DNA of 63,252 bases, filler included, from Octopus bimaculoides (taxonomy: Eukaryota): the NCBI RefSeq assembly GCF_001194135.2. It is 6 parts of 5 records of this genome, joined end to end, with 100 filler letters (N's around TTAATTAATTAA, not from the genome) between each part and the next. Parts side by side here need not be neighbours in the genome. Positions count along the whole stretch, not along the records: positions 1 to 19,623 come from NC_068997.1; positions 19,724 to 46,202 come from NC_068988.1; 4 more parts are not named here. One strand, given 5' to 3'. Every line of letters starts with the position of its first letter. Positions within the stretch are counted from its first letter, which is position 1. The position numbers and the translations under genes were made by a program. Shown here one piece after another: positions 12,395 through 25,143 of this stretch. Below the pieces are notes generated by a model. The model did no database searches. It worked only from the letters and a program-made list of their open reading frames with translations, and was not told where the DNA came from.

Positions 12395-12900
12395 CTCTTT
12401 TTCTTGTTTCAGTCTTTTGACTGTGGCCATGCTGGAGCACCACCTTTAGTCGAGCAAATCAACCCAGGACTTATTCTTTAGAAGCCTAGTACTTATTCTA
12501 TCGGTCTCTTTGGCCGAACCGCTAAGTTACGGGGACGTAAACACACCAGCANNNNNNNNNNNNNNNNNNNNNNNNNNNNNNNNNNNNNNNNNNNNNNNNN
12601 NNNNNNNNNNNNNNNNNNNNNNNNNNNNNNNNNNNNNNNNNNNNNNNNNNNNNNNNNNNNNNNNNNNNNNNNNNNNNNNNNNNNNNNNNNNNNNNNNNNN
12701 NNNNNNNNNNNNNNNNNNNNNNNNNNNNNNNNNNNNNNNNNNNNNNNTATATATATATACATATATACGATGGGCTTCTTCCAGTTTCCGTCTACCAAAT
12801 CCACTCACAAAGGCTTTGGTCGGCCCAAGGCTATAGTAGAAGACACTTGCCCAAGGTGCCACGCAGTGGGACTGAACCCGGGACCATGTGGTTGGTAAGC
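12395..12900 (-). mobile_element. Family B tRNA SINE, interrupted by a gap
   Basis: 3' tail cttgtttcagtcttttgactgtggccatgctggagcaccacc at ~12403 and head ccaaggtgccacgcagtgggactgaacccggg at ~12850. Confidence 0.85.
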
Positions 12901-13299
12901 CAATCCTATATATATATATAAGGAGGTATAAAACAGCACCGTGTCACAGATGAAGATGTCACTATAGTTTTGTGGATGCAAGTATAATGGAATATATATG
13001 TATTGGCTGTTATGTGTTTTTGTTTGTGTGTATGTTTGCATGTATGCATGTGTGTGTGTGTGTGTGTGTATGTGTGTGTGTGTATGTGTGTGTGCATGGT
13101 AAAGTTTGATAATGACTGAACTTTTACCATGTACTGGCTTTGATAGATGGATTATTTTCTGTGATTTAAGGATTTCTGGTTGAATAAATCAGTCCTAGTA
13201 TTTATTTATTTTTTTAAGCCTGTTATGGGGATGTAAACATACCAACACCGGTTGTCAAGTGGTGGAGGGGAACAAACACAAGGATACTACACTTTTTGG

Positions 13300-13470
13300 A
13301 GTGGTAGGCATTAAGAAGGGCATCAAGACATAGAAACCTAGTGAAAACAGACTGGGGCCTGGTACAGCTCTCTGACCTATCGGTTCCAGTCAAACCATCT
13401 AACCCATGCCAACATGGAAAACGAATGTTAAATGATGATGATGATAATGATGATGATGATAATGATGATA
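13300..13470 (+). mobile_element. RTE-type 3' tail with (GAT)n
   Basis: ggagtggtaggcattaagaagggcatc...aacccatgccaacatggaaaacgaatgttaaatgatgatg. Confidence 0.75.
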
Positions 13471-13477
13471 TATATAT

Positions 13478-13632
13478 AGTGGCTGTGTGGTAAGTAGCTT
13501 GCTTATCAACCACATGGCTCCGGGTTCCGTCCCACTGTGTGGCACCTTGGGCAAGTGTCTTCTACTATAGCCTCGGGCCGACCGAAGCCCTATGAGTGGA
13601 TTTGGTAGACGGAAACTGAAAGAAGCCCGTCG

Positions 13633-13673
<41 letters not shown>

Positions 13674-14030
13674 CTGTTTTTGTCCCACCCCCACTTTACG
13701 TTTGACAGCTGATGTAGGTGAGTATTTGTCCCCATAACTTAGCAGTTAGTAACATCAGTCCATTGTATTTGACTGTAGGGAGTTGTTGTTGTTGTGTGTG
13801 TGTGTGTGTGTATCTATGTGTCTGTGTTTGTCCCCTCACCATCACTTGACAACCGATGTTGGTATGTTTACATCCCCATAACTTAGTGGTTCGGCAAAAG
13901 GGACTAATAGAATAAGCACTCGGCTTACAAAGAATAAGTCCTGGTGTCGATTTGTGTGACTAAAACCCTTTAAGGCAATGCTCTCGCATGGCTGTAGTCA
14001 TATGAGTGAAACATGTAAAAGAATGAAAGA
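13478..14030 (+). mobile_element. Family B tRNA SINE, full length with duplicated middle (GT)n segment
   Basis: Head gtggctgtgtggtaagtagcttgc, core ccttgggcaagtgtcttctactatagcc, tail gcatggctgtagtcatatgagtgaaacatgtaaaagaat. Confidence 0.9.
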
Positions 14031-14158
14031 ATATATATACATGTGTGTGTGTGTGTGTATAAGAAATTCGATGGATAATACCATACTAAATTCTGGTGCC
14101 TCAACTTAAGTACCATATTCATCCGAATTTGAATTTTTGCTGAACTCACCTACCATAC

Positions 14159-14249
<91 letters not shown>

Positions 14250-14304
14250 GTGAGAGTGTATGTTTGTGTGTATACATATATATGTACACACACATATATA
14301 TATA

Positions 14305-14885
14305 TGTATGTAAACACCCTAACAGTTGAGGGAACCCGTGGAAGAGGTAGGCCCAGGAAGACCTGGGCTCAGGTGGTGAGGCAAGACCTTCGAACATTGG
14401 GCCTCAGCGAGGCGATGACTACTGACCGAGACCTTTGGAAATGTGCTTTGTGTGAGAAGACCCGGCAAGCCAAGTGAGATCGTTGCCAGTGCCCCTGGAC
14501 TGGCTCTTGTGCGGGTGGCACATAAGATGCACCATTTTGAGCGTGACCGTTGCCAGTACCGCCTGACTAGCCTTCGTAGGGTTTTCGAGCGAGATCGTTG
14601 CCAGTGCCTCTGGACTGGCTCTTGTGCGGGTGGCACATGAAACAAACCATTTTCGAGCGTGGCCGTTGCCAGTACCGCCTGACTGGCCTTTGTGCGGATG
14701 ACACGTAAAAGCACCCACTACACTCTCTGAGTGGTTGGCGTTAGGAAGGGCATCCAGCTGTAGAAACTTTGCCAAATTAGATTGGAGCCTGGTGTTGCCA
14801 TCTGGTTTCACCAGTCCTCAGTCAAATCGTCCAACCCATGCTAGCATGGAAAGCGGACGTTAAACGATGATGATGATGATGATAT
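14305..14885 (+). mobile_element. RTE-clade LINE 3' end: ORF2 C-terminus, 3' UTR, (GAT)n tail
   Basis: [52 protein letters not shown] (stop at 14477) matches the RTE G.R.RGRP..W...DR..W terminus; UTR ends gcggacgttaaacgatgatgat. Confidence 0.85.
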
Positions 14886-15006
14886 ATATGTATGTATGCA
14901 TACATATAAATGCATATATATATATATAGGTATATATATGTATATATATCTATGCATACATATAAATGCATATATATATATAGGTATATATATGTATGTA
15001 TATATG

Positions 15007-15074
<68 letters not shown>

Positions 15075-15334
15075 TATATATATGCCTATATACATATGTA
15101 TATATGCATATATACATATATTATCATCATCATCAACCCAACCATAAGAGTAACAACTACCATCACGACAGCCCCCCCACCACCACCACCTCATGTATTT
15201 TGCTCTTACACACACCCTATCAATATCTTCAGGTATACTAATGATTCTGGCAATTTACTGCCTTAGAATCACTATCATCATCATCATCGGCTGATCTTAA
15301 ATGATGATGATAACGAAGACGATGATGATACTAA

Positions 15335-15548
15335 TGTAGCGAATTCGCAGAATCATTAGCATGCAGGGCAAAAAACTTACCAGCATTTCGTTTGTCTTCA
15401 CGTTCTGAGTTCAAATTCTGTCAAGGTCAACTTTGCCTTTTATCCTTCCAGGGGGAATAAAACAAGTAGCAGTTGAATACTGTGGTTGGTGTAATCAACT
15501 AAATGCCTCCATCAAAATTGCAGGCCTTGTGCCAAAATTTAAAATCGA
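15335..15548 (+). mobile_element. Family A tRNA SINE
   Basis: gcagaatcattagcatg...gttctgagttcaaattc...gcaggccttgtgccaaaattt. Confidence 0.8.
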
Positions 15549-15777
15549 TATCTAGAGCTTTCTTCCTAACCATTCTATCCCCTCTCCTTCTTTCCCCTCT
15601 TATTTCCTTGCTTTTTTTCTTTCAACCCTGCATTTATGTTCTGACGCCACACCTCACCTTATAGCCCATCTCAAAATCTCTTTCTTGGTTCCTATTTTAC
15701 CAATATTTGTGGTTCCTGTCTTCACTAGCATTTTCATTTCAAAACAAGTTCTTGAAATTCATTCAGACATTGGTGCT

Positions 15778-16372
15778 AGCAGGGCTGTGTGGTAAGAAGC
15801 TTGCTTCTCAACCACATTTGTTCCAGGTTCAGTCCCTCTGCACAGCACTTTGGGCAAGCATCTTTCACTATAGCCTTGGGCTGACTAAAACCTTGTAAGT
15901 GGATTTAGTAAATGGAAACTAAAAGAAGCTCATCATATATACATACACACACATATAAATATACACTCTCTGAGTGGTTGGCGTGAGGAAGGGCATCCAG
16001 CTGTGGAAACTCAGCCAAATTAGATTGGAGCCTGGTGTTGCCATCCGGTTTCACCAGTCCTCAGTCAAATCATCCAACCCATGCCAGCATGGAAAGCAGA
16101 CGTTAAACGATGATGATGATGATGATGATGATGATATATATATATCTACATGTGTCTGTCTTTGTGTCTGTATTTATCACCCATCCCTACTTGACAATCA
16201 GTGCTGGTATGTTTATATCTCTGTACATTAGTAGTTTGGCAAAAGCAACTGATAGAGTAAGTACTAAGCTTAAAAACTGAGTCCTGGGGTCGATTTGTTC
16301 AACTAAGACCATTCAAGGCGGTGCCCGATCATAGCCACAGTCTAATGACTGAAATATGTAAAAGAAAAAAGA
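15778..16372 (+). mobile_element. Family B SINE with an RTE-type tail (15965-16135) nested in its central microsatellite
   Basis: SINE head at 15780-15940, then gagtggttggcgtgaggaagggcatcc...cgttaaacgatgatg, then the SINE 3' half at 16150-16370. Confidence 0.8.
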
Positions 16373-16479
16373 TTAAAAACTCTTTAAGGATATAGGGTTC
16401 AACCAACTCACAAACGACCAATGGTTAAATAAGACTGATATCTCATTTTAAAACATTGACATCTCATTTAACAGATATT

Positions 16480-17310
16480 TTTTATCAGAATTACATAAAA
16501 ATATTTTGAAATACTAAAGAGTAAATTTATTCAGTAAAATTGCCATTGGCTTCAACCATGGCCTCCAGACACTTCGAAATCTTCTACTGCCATAATACTT
16601 GCCTTCAGTTCATCTTTGGTGTTACGAGGAGTTTTGTTGGTCTCTCACTCGACTGTGCCCCACACATAATAATCAAGGGGGTTGCAGTCTTGGGAGTTAG
16701 GTGGTCAGATGCTATGGGTGATGAGGTTGCAGAAATTCTCCGACAAACATGACTGGGTTCTCCTGCTTGTGTGGCAGGGTGCAGACAAAGGGTCTTCCAG
16801 CAGCCACCCNNNNNNNNNNCGACAAACATGACTGGGTTCTCCTGCTTGTGTGGCAGGGTGCAGACAAAGGGTCTTCCAGCAGCCACCCTCTTGACTCAGG
16901 GCAGCACTACTTCCTCCAGGCAGTTGATGGAGGCTGAATTTGTGTGGGAAGAGGAATAGAGGCATAATGTCACCATCTCTAGTGATCACTTCAAACACCA
17001 TGGTATTGACTGGATGTTTAATTTTTATCACTTTTGGTACATGTCCTCAGATTGCACTGTCCTCAAATTGACACCCAAACACTCTGAAATGTTCATATTG
17101 GAGGTTCTGGCAAGAATGCCATGCATAACACCATGTTGTTTACAAATTTCTGTCCGAGAGAATTGCATTATGGTGCTGCTTTTCCCACAGAGAGTGCCTA
17201 ACTGACCCTACTCTTCTGTGTAGTAGACAAAATCAAAAACAAACAATATGTATGCGCAAAATCGGAAATATAAAATGATAAAATGATGAGTTTACCCATT
17301 ACATCCATAT
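16480..17310 (-). mobile_element. Tc1/mariner DD37D (maT)-like DNA transposon relic
   Basis: Minus-strand pieces IKIKHPVNTMVFEVITRDGDIMP..FPH and VAAGRPFV / SAPCHTSRRTQSCLSENFCNLITHSI*PPNSQDCNPLDYYVWGTVE*ETNK. 37 residues run from SAP to the NPL-D, but the QQD itself is deleted here. Contains stops and frameshifts. Confidence 0.85.
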
Positions 17311-17357
17311 ATACATGTAGATACATACATATATATCATATACACACACACACTTAT

Positions 17358-17415
<58 letters not shown>

Positions 17416-17724
17416 NNNNNNNNNNNNNNNNNNNNNNNNNNNNNNNNNNNNNNNNNNNNNNNNNNNNNNNNNNNNNNNNNNNNNNNNNNNNNNNNNNNNN
17501 NNNNNNNNNNNNNNNNNNNNNNNNNNNNNNNNNNNNNNNNNNNNNNNNNNNNNNNNNNNNNNNNNNNNNNNNNNNNNNNNNNNNNNNNNNNNNNNNNNNN
17601 NNNNNNNNNNNNNNNNNNNNNNNNNNNNNNNNNNNNNNNNNNNNNNNNNNNNNNNNNNNNNNNNNNNNNNNNNNNNNNNNNNNNNNNNNNNNNNNNNNNN
17701 NNNNNNNNNNNNNNNNNNNNNNNN

Positions 17725-17778
<54 letters not shown>

Positions 17779-18204
17779 AAACTATAAGCCACAGTTAGAA
17801 AGAGATGCATGATTCACTTTCCGCAGGACAAATTTTTTCATTATTAATTTTGAAATATCGATTAGAAATATATTATTGACAAATGCTTTATGTAAGAAAT
17901 TTCATGTGTATGCACATATTTGTGTGTTTGTGCGTTTGTGTGTGTGTGTGTGTGTGCATATATCAATGATCCATGTAAATGCACACAAACTCTCGCACTG
18001 AATCAGAGAATGAGGTGAAGATGTCATTGTATCAATATTCAACAATATTTATGTATCAATTATTTAATTAAATAATGCAGCTTTTAATGTTTACTAGGGG
18101 GATAATGTGAAATGGAAGCTATATTTTGTTTAAAAGTACATGTCATTTATTGGCAAGAGAGCAAAGAAACTAAAGAATTACATCACTTCTTTTTGTGGGC
18201 ACAA

Positions 18205-18338
18205 AAATAGATCTGATAAGTTTCAAGTCTTAAACTTTCATCAGAGAAAGATTAACTATCAGTTGATGCACTGTTATACAATTAGATAGAGCAATCTACG
18301 TCTGCCAGGGTTTGAGGACACTATAAGTAGTTATTATA

Positions 18339-18397
<59 letters not shown>

Positions 18398-18750
18398 CTA
18401 TTATCTCTCAGTGGACAGACTAGTTTCGAGTCTTTTTAAACCTTCATCAGAGAAACATTTACCATCAATAGCTAGATAAAGCAAAGTAGCTCTACAAAGG
18501 TTTGTAGACACTATAAATAGCTATTATATGATATTAACATCTCTGGTTAATACTCGAGTGGACAGACTGGTTTCAAGACTTTTTAAACCATCATCAGAGA
18601 AACATTAACTCTCTATAGATGCACTGTAGCTCTACCCGAGTTTGTAGACATCACAAACAGGTTTCATACATTCGTATTTCTTTGGTCAGAAAATTGGTAT
18701 TGTTTCTCTGATGAAGGTTTAATAAGACTAGAAGCAAGTTAGAAATAGAT
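18205..18750 (-). ncRNA. Tandem array (3 minus-strand units plus 1 inverted plus-strand unit) of ~147-bp repeats, each with a minimal hammerhead ribozyme-like core
   Basis: Minus-strand CTGATGA at 18238-44, 18444-50 and 18591-97, each followed 13-16 nt later by GAAAC. Unit 2 reads GAAA-CTAG-TC and unit 3 GAAA-CCAG-TC. Plus-strand CTGATGA at 18708-14 is followed by GAAG-CAAG-TT and an 8-bp stem I. Confidence 0.65.
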
Positions 18751-19004
18751 TTCCATCCACACACAAGTAATGTGACATACACAATTCATTTACTTGCCAC
18801 AGCAAAGTTAAAGTGTATGTTTAGTGTATAGCACCCATGCTATAAAGGACACAGGTTATAAGGTTATAAAGAACACAGGTTCATGTGTCACATAGCTAGC
18901 TAGAGGCGATGTCCTCTTGGAGCTAATCCACGGCAGCATTCGTCCTATTTTTTGGACTGCCATGTTGGCTTGGCGATAACTATTAATACCCATGCCACTG
19001 TTAC

Positions 19005-19150
19005 ATGAAAAGTACCCTGCACATTCTGTAAGGAGCTTGGAGTTAGAAAGGGCATCAAACCAAATCTGACTGGAACCCGATGCAGTTCTTCAGCTTGCCA
19101 GCTTCGGGTCAAACCATCCAATCCATGCCAGCATCGAGAATGGATGTCAA

Positions 19151-19185
<35 letters not shown>
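19005..19185 (+). mobile_element. RTE-type 3' tail with (GAT)n
   Basis: ttggagttagaaagggcatc...ccatccaatccatgccagcatcgagaatggatgtcaaaggatgatgat. Confidence 0.7.
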
Positions 19186-19312
19186 ATGAGAGTATGAGCA
19201 GGAGAGGGGAAAGTGCTGTGGAATATTTACCAGAGATCCTCCCTACTAGAATTAGCAGCCAAATCTCATGCAAACCATAGCTTACTAAAGTGACACATTA
19301 TATAATGTAGTG

Positions 19313-19623
19313 TGGAGGCGCAATGGCCCAGTGGTTAGGGCAGCGGACTCGTGGTCATAGGATCGCAGTTTCGATTCCCAAACTGGGTGATGTGAGTGTT
19401 TATTGAGCGAAAACACCTAAAGCTCCACGAGGTTCCGGCAGGGGATGGTGGCGAAACCTGCTGTACTCTTTCACCACAACTTTCTCTCACTCTTACTTCC
19501 TGTTTCTGTTGTACCCGTAATTCAAAGGGCCAGCCTTGTCACACTGTGTCACGCTGAATATCCCCGAGAACTACGTTAAGGGTACACGTGTCTGTGGAGT
19601 GCTCAGCCACTTGCACGTTAATT
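19313..19623 (+). mobile_element. tRNA-derived SINE (family C), cut by a scaffold join
   Basis: ggaggcgcaatggcccagtggttagggcagcggactcg...tttcgattccc (A/B boxes); reverse copy at 51750-52120. Confidence 0.9.
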
Positions 19624-19723
19624 NNNNNNNNNNNNNNNNNNNNNNNNNNNNNNNNNNNNNNNNNNNNTTAATTAATTAANNNNNNNNNNNNNNNNNNNNN
19701 NNNNNNNNNNNNNNNNNNNNNNN
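19624..19723. other. Artificial 100-bp scaffold-join spacer N44-TTAATTAATTAA-N44 (also 46203-46302, 54159-54258, 57857-57956, 62103-62202)
   Basis: Identical 12-mer with stops in all six frames, centred in equal N runs five times. Confidence 0.95.
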
Positions 19724-20130
19724 CGAAAACAATACCTATTGTCATAGGTGCCCTGGGAATAACAGCGAAACGGGCTGATTAATACCTAGCTCAGATACCA
19801 GGAAACCCCAAAATGGCTGACGTTCAAAAGATAGTGCTCATGGGAACTGCCCATATCCTACGTAAAATACTGTCTATGTGATCTCAAATTTTAAAGCAAA
19901 CACATAATTTTCTTATGGCTTCTTAAACATTCACTAGAACAAAACTGTACAAATCCAAATATATGGTACCCTAGGCATAACACCTACATGAATTTCTAAC
20001 TTGTTGTCTCTTGAGGTCTCTGGGTGAGACTTGGATCCAACTTGTCCAAATGCAAAACAAAATTCAAACATAAAATAATAATAATAATGATAATAATGAT
20101 AACGATAATAATAATAATAATTATAATAAT
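19724..20130 (+). mobile_element. R4/Dong-like RLE LINE 3' end with (TAA)n tail
   Basis: KTIPIVIGALGITAKRAD*YLAQIPGNPKMADVQKIVLMGTAHILRKILSM* (stop 19879-81), ~190-bp UTR, then (ATA)n from ~20075. Confidence 0.85.
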
Positions 20131-20481
20131 CACGATATTATTACCTCTAGTCTTACTGAAACAATCGTTGTTATTATTTTTCATTTTTTTCGCCATAACT
20201 TTAAACGAAAATGCTTATATTTTTATCAAGTTCCTAAGCAATATTGCAATGTGGGCCGCACGCACATACATGTACATTTGTATTCAGACATACACAAAAT
20301 CAAGTACAGTTATACATATACACAAATTTGATTTTGAAATCATGTCTGTACAACTCATGTCTGTTTGTGTGTCTGTGTGTGTGTTTATATATATATAATA
20401 TATATGTATATTTATGTTAATTATATATACTTAAATATATATATACATAAAACTATATATATACATATATATATTTATATA

Positions 20482-20579
<98 letters not shown>

Positions 20580-23006
20580 CATATATGTAACTATGTATTT
20601 CTTCGCCCGAACATGTAAAATTTATGTGGACATATATGTAAATGTAGAAATATTTACAATAGAATACCAGAAAAATATTCCTCTGTTCCATTATATTTTT
20701 CTCTGTACGAATGTAAATGAGTTATTTTCTTGGTTGTGTTTTTATTTACTATTTGTTTTAGATTTACGCTACTGTTATCGTTGCTATTTTTTTTGCATCT
20801 ATATTCCGTGTCTTTGCCAGATATTGGAGAACGTAAAATTCAATTAAAATACTTTGCTTAGATATTTGAAGAAATTTTTTCTTTCTTAAATATAATTCCC
20901 ATTAAAATGTCCATTAGTGAATTCATGCTTTTAGGTTGTTTATGACATTTTAAAAATTTATTGATACGAAACTAATTTTAGGAGCATTAACTTCAATAAT
21001 AGAAAATAAAATTCATTTTCTTAAGTTATACATTCTCGCGAGAATAATGTCATTAGTATAATTTTAAATATAAAAAAAAAAATAATTAATAAAATTGTAA
21101 TGCTCTCTTGTAATATTCAATAAATTCGATATCACTTACCAATATATTTGGTTTTACCTTATTCCGTTTCATTACATTGCTACCATTTTATCCTGGTCAG
21201 TAGCTTCATGAAAATCATGTTCATTTTACAGGGTATACGTATTTGTTTTTATACTCGATTTATGTTGTTTCCTTCGTCTGTCTGTCAAACTTATCTACCA
21301 CTGAATATCCAAGCTAAATTCAAACATATGTATTCAAGCATAAGTATTCCAAAAAGATAGGATTGATATTCAATACATGACACTAATCTGTCATTTTGAG
21401 GTTGGTTATAAGAGCATTCACAGATAAAGATGTAAGCAAATTCGATTTTCAATATAATCCAATATAGAAAATACAAAAGGTGTAAAAAAAAAAAAGCTTC
21501 CTGATTTTCTGTGCGACAATATGTTTGATGTTTGATATTTTATTGAAATATTTTCAACCAAAATGGCGCCTACAATTTTTCTTCTATACAAATATTACTA
21601 TACTCAAGAGGGGAAAAAAGAGAACTTTACAATAAAGCTGATAACGGGTGACATACGAATAGTAAGCAAACATATTAACAATAACATTTGACATAGGTGT
21701 CAAGTACATTAAGGCAAGTTTAACGATTATGATACTTGCGATTTCCAAATTAAAGACAGCTCAATTACATATATCTCTCCATTTCATTGAGAAAGTTATG
21801 AACATTACTAAAACTCATTTCTTCTATGAAGCTGAAACGTTAGATAAACCTATACATTAGAATCTAAATTGAAATCCTCCAATATATTTTGAGTAGAAAT
21901 AGAAAAAAGAATATTTATATAATGATACAAAAAAATAACATATTCTTCTCAAACTGCTCAAGGCACAATAGACACATTCTATGTACGAAATATACATTAT
22001 ATTGCAGCAGATATATTATAAAAGAAATGGGTAATTATGACGTTCAGGACAAGCTACTGGAATTTGAGGTATACATAGAGACAATCAAACTTTAAATGAG
22101 AAAGAATCTACACGTGGATTTATTAAAACGGGTGCGTATATTTTATGTTTTCTGAACTGTTCATTGTTTAAAGTTTGTAATACATACATAAGGCCAATAA
22201 TGTTGAAGGAATATATATTGAGCTGTGTGTTGTGCATTCCTTCTAAAATGATATTGGGAGGAAAGGACACAAAAGGGAAAATATATTCAGTTACAAACTT
22301 GCAAGTTCAAGTGTCTCCGGAGAATAGTGCTTTGGAAAAGCGATATATTACACTCAGTTTAATAATTTTTTTCAATATGTAACAGCTAATGAAGCCGCTG
22401 AGCTGGCAGAAAACCTGCTCTAATTCCATGAATAAATATTTTGCATTCATTCTCAGATCGAATCATCCGCTCATTGCCTCCTTCAACAAAATAGAGTTGC
22501 AATCAAATGATACACATAAAAAGTTATATATTGTAATCACATCCACTAAACACGTGCAAGAAAATAGAATTCTTACAGCTGCTAGAAGTGCTAGACATAA
22601 CAATTACTAGCGATCTCTGCTAATCACACATCGGCGTATATTGCATCACAAAAGTATCCGTTTTCTGTGAATGCATCAACTTGCAACTTTTAAAGGTGAC
22701 CGTAGAGGTGTAATAGATAGAGGACCTAATGCGTGTATATGGATAGAAACACACACAGACACACAGACACACAGACACACACACACATATACGTGGGAAG
22801 GGGAGTGCGCATGTGTGTATATAGACTACAGACAGATAGATAATTATACTGTGTGATGGATTGATTGATCGATTGGCTGACTGATTGGTTGAGTGATTGA
22901 TTGATTGATTGATTGATAAATAGAATCACAATTGCATGCACTATTGTTTACATATGTACTCTCCTCGAATTACATTTACACTCAGACTCAAACACACACA
23001 CACACA

Positions 23007-23061
<55 letters not shown>

Positions 23062-24314
23062 AGGATATCTAAGATGTCACAGGGTAGAATCAAATCGATT
23101 CAGTGGAATCTGTAAAAGATGGTTGACGTAGAATACATATGATGTGGAAGATGATGTTCATTAGACGGTAAGATAATCAAAGAATTCAAACGAGGGCGTT
23201 CAAGCGAAATATTTGCACACTAGTGTTGAACTAACTTTTGCTTTGACAACGGCCAACAAAATCGATATTTGTTGCTGTTACTACTGCTGCTGCTCTTAAT
23301 ACCAATACTGTTAATGTTGCTTTTACTGCTGTTACTACTGCTGCTGCCGCTGCTGCCAGTAGTACTTACGATGTACTACACATCTTCCTGTAGATTTTTT
23401 CTAAATGGTACTGGCGGTGGTTATGCTATTAATTTTGCTGATATTGTTACTTTCACTTTTGATTCTTGGGTTTAGCTTTCCTCTCAAATTGTCTTTATTG
23501 TTGTTGCAACTTCAGTAACCTTTTCTAGTGGAGAATTGTCTGACTGTACAATGTTGATAGCAATGGTGATGAGTGATGGTGGACGGAATATTCTGAATAG
23601 CTGTTGTTAATATGGGATAGCTTCTAATACTATTGTTTGCACTATTTGCTTTTGTAATTGTGTAATTCAGTTCCGCTTTAGTTTGCAAATTAATTAATGT
23701 TTAATAGCAACAGAAACAGTATTGATACCAAATGGTAATATTTCTAACCCCTTTTAAAATGGGTATTGTTTTTAGAACATATAATAATGCATCATTTACC
23801 ATGACAGAACCTCTCATATGGACTTTTGACGCATAAAGGCATCCGTGTTTAGAACGCTGTCCGGCGATATCTTTCCGCTACGAAACCACATAATTTTGGT
23901 CTGGCCTGGCCTTTCAAAGACAAACGTCTGCAGTTATACACAGTGCCTGTTTAACCGGTCAGCGAAATATATACAAACTGATTGTCTATTCAGCCACTAA
24001 TTTCGCAAATTGCCTGTGTGCTTATTAAAAATAAAAGATTCTTAGCGACAGGAGCAATATTGTTACCATAAAGTAATATTTATAACCGCTTAAAAGTGGA
24101 TATTGTGTCAGAATACTTCGATAGTTCCCATGGAACAACATCTGAGAGTTAAATAACACAATATTCTGAGTCCTAACACAACACCCACTTCTAAGTGGGA
24201 GATAAATATTAACTGTCGGTATTACAAGTGCTTTTGTCGCAATTAATTATTTTCTAATTAGTCCACAAGATTTGTGTGATAACAATGTCAAAATAGACGC
24301 TGTGATTATATGCA

Positions 24315-24480
24315 GGAGTGGTTATGTGATAGGAAGCTTACTTCCCAACCACATGGTTCCGGGCTCAGTTCCGCTGCATGACACTTTGGGCAAGTATTTT
24401 CTACTATTACCTTGGGTCAACCAAAGAATTGTGAGTGGATTTGGTAGGCGGGAACTGAAAGAAGCCTGTCGTATATACGT
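24315..24480 (+). mobile_element. Family B SINE 5' half
   Basis: ggaagcttacttcccaaccacatggttccgggctcagttccgctgcatgacactttgggcaag. Confidence 0.85.
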
Positions 24481-24496
24481 ATACATAAGTACAACT

Positions 24497-25089
24497 GTAC
24501 TCCACACATAATAATCAAGTGGTTGCAGTCTGGAGAGTTAGGTGACCAGATGTTGAGATTGATGTGGTCGCAGAATTTGCTTGACAGCCATGACTGGGTT
24601 CTCCTTCTTGTGTGGCATGGTTTAGAGTCCTATTGCTAGATTTAGGCTCTTTCAGCAATCACCCTCTTGACTCAGGGCAGCACAATCTCCTCTGGACACT
24701 TGATGTAGGCTTCAGTGTTGAGTCTGCGGCTGTGTGGGAAGATGAATGGAGGCATAACGACCCCCCACTTGTGATCACTCCAAACACCATGATGTTGACT
24801 GGATGTTTGATTTTTATCACTCTTGGTACATGTCTTCAGATTGCACTGTCCTCAGATTTACATCCAACCACTCTGGAACGTTTTACTGAAGCTTACGGTG
24901 CGAGTGCCAAGCAGTAAAGCGTGTCGTTTCCAAATTCCTAGCAGAGTGAATTGCACCATGGACGTGTTTTCTTCATAGACGGCGCCCAACTGACCCTACT
25001 ATACTGCGTGGTCGACAAAATCAAAAACAAACAATGCACTCACGCGTAATTAAAAACATAAAATGGCGAGTTTATCCTTCGCACCCTGG

Positions 25090-25094
<5 letters not shown>
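24497..25094 (-). mobile_element. Second DD37D (maT)-like transposon relic, with terminal repeat
   Basis: Alignable to 16655-17290 (ccacacataataatcaag..gttgcagtc...ggatgtttgatttttatcac...accctact). Ends in atggcgagtttatccttcgcaccctg, the reverse of a CAGGGTG-type terminus. Confidence 0.85.

Positions 25095-25143
<49 letters not shown>

Noticed and set aside
10758-12443. 370-560 aa ORFs (also at 43.6-45.7, 52.5-53.6 and 59.2-60.4 kb)
   Set aside because: They are open only because they run through N gaps and microsatellites.
14800-14825. CTGAGGA-ctggt-GAAAC on the minus strand of RTE 3' UTRs as a hammerhead
   Set aside because: Only 5 nt between the boxes (no stem II) and no stem III or cleavage triplet.
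19313-19390. tRNA genes at SINE heads
   Set aside because: A/B boxes are present but no full cloverleaf, and all continue into repeated SINE bodies.
21557-21570. caaaatggcgcc as a YY1-like/start motif; RFX-like half sites near 2186 and 30710
   Set aside because: Single short motifs are expected by chance in 63 kb; the following ORF is only 29 codons.
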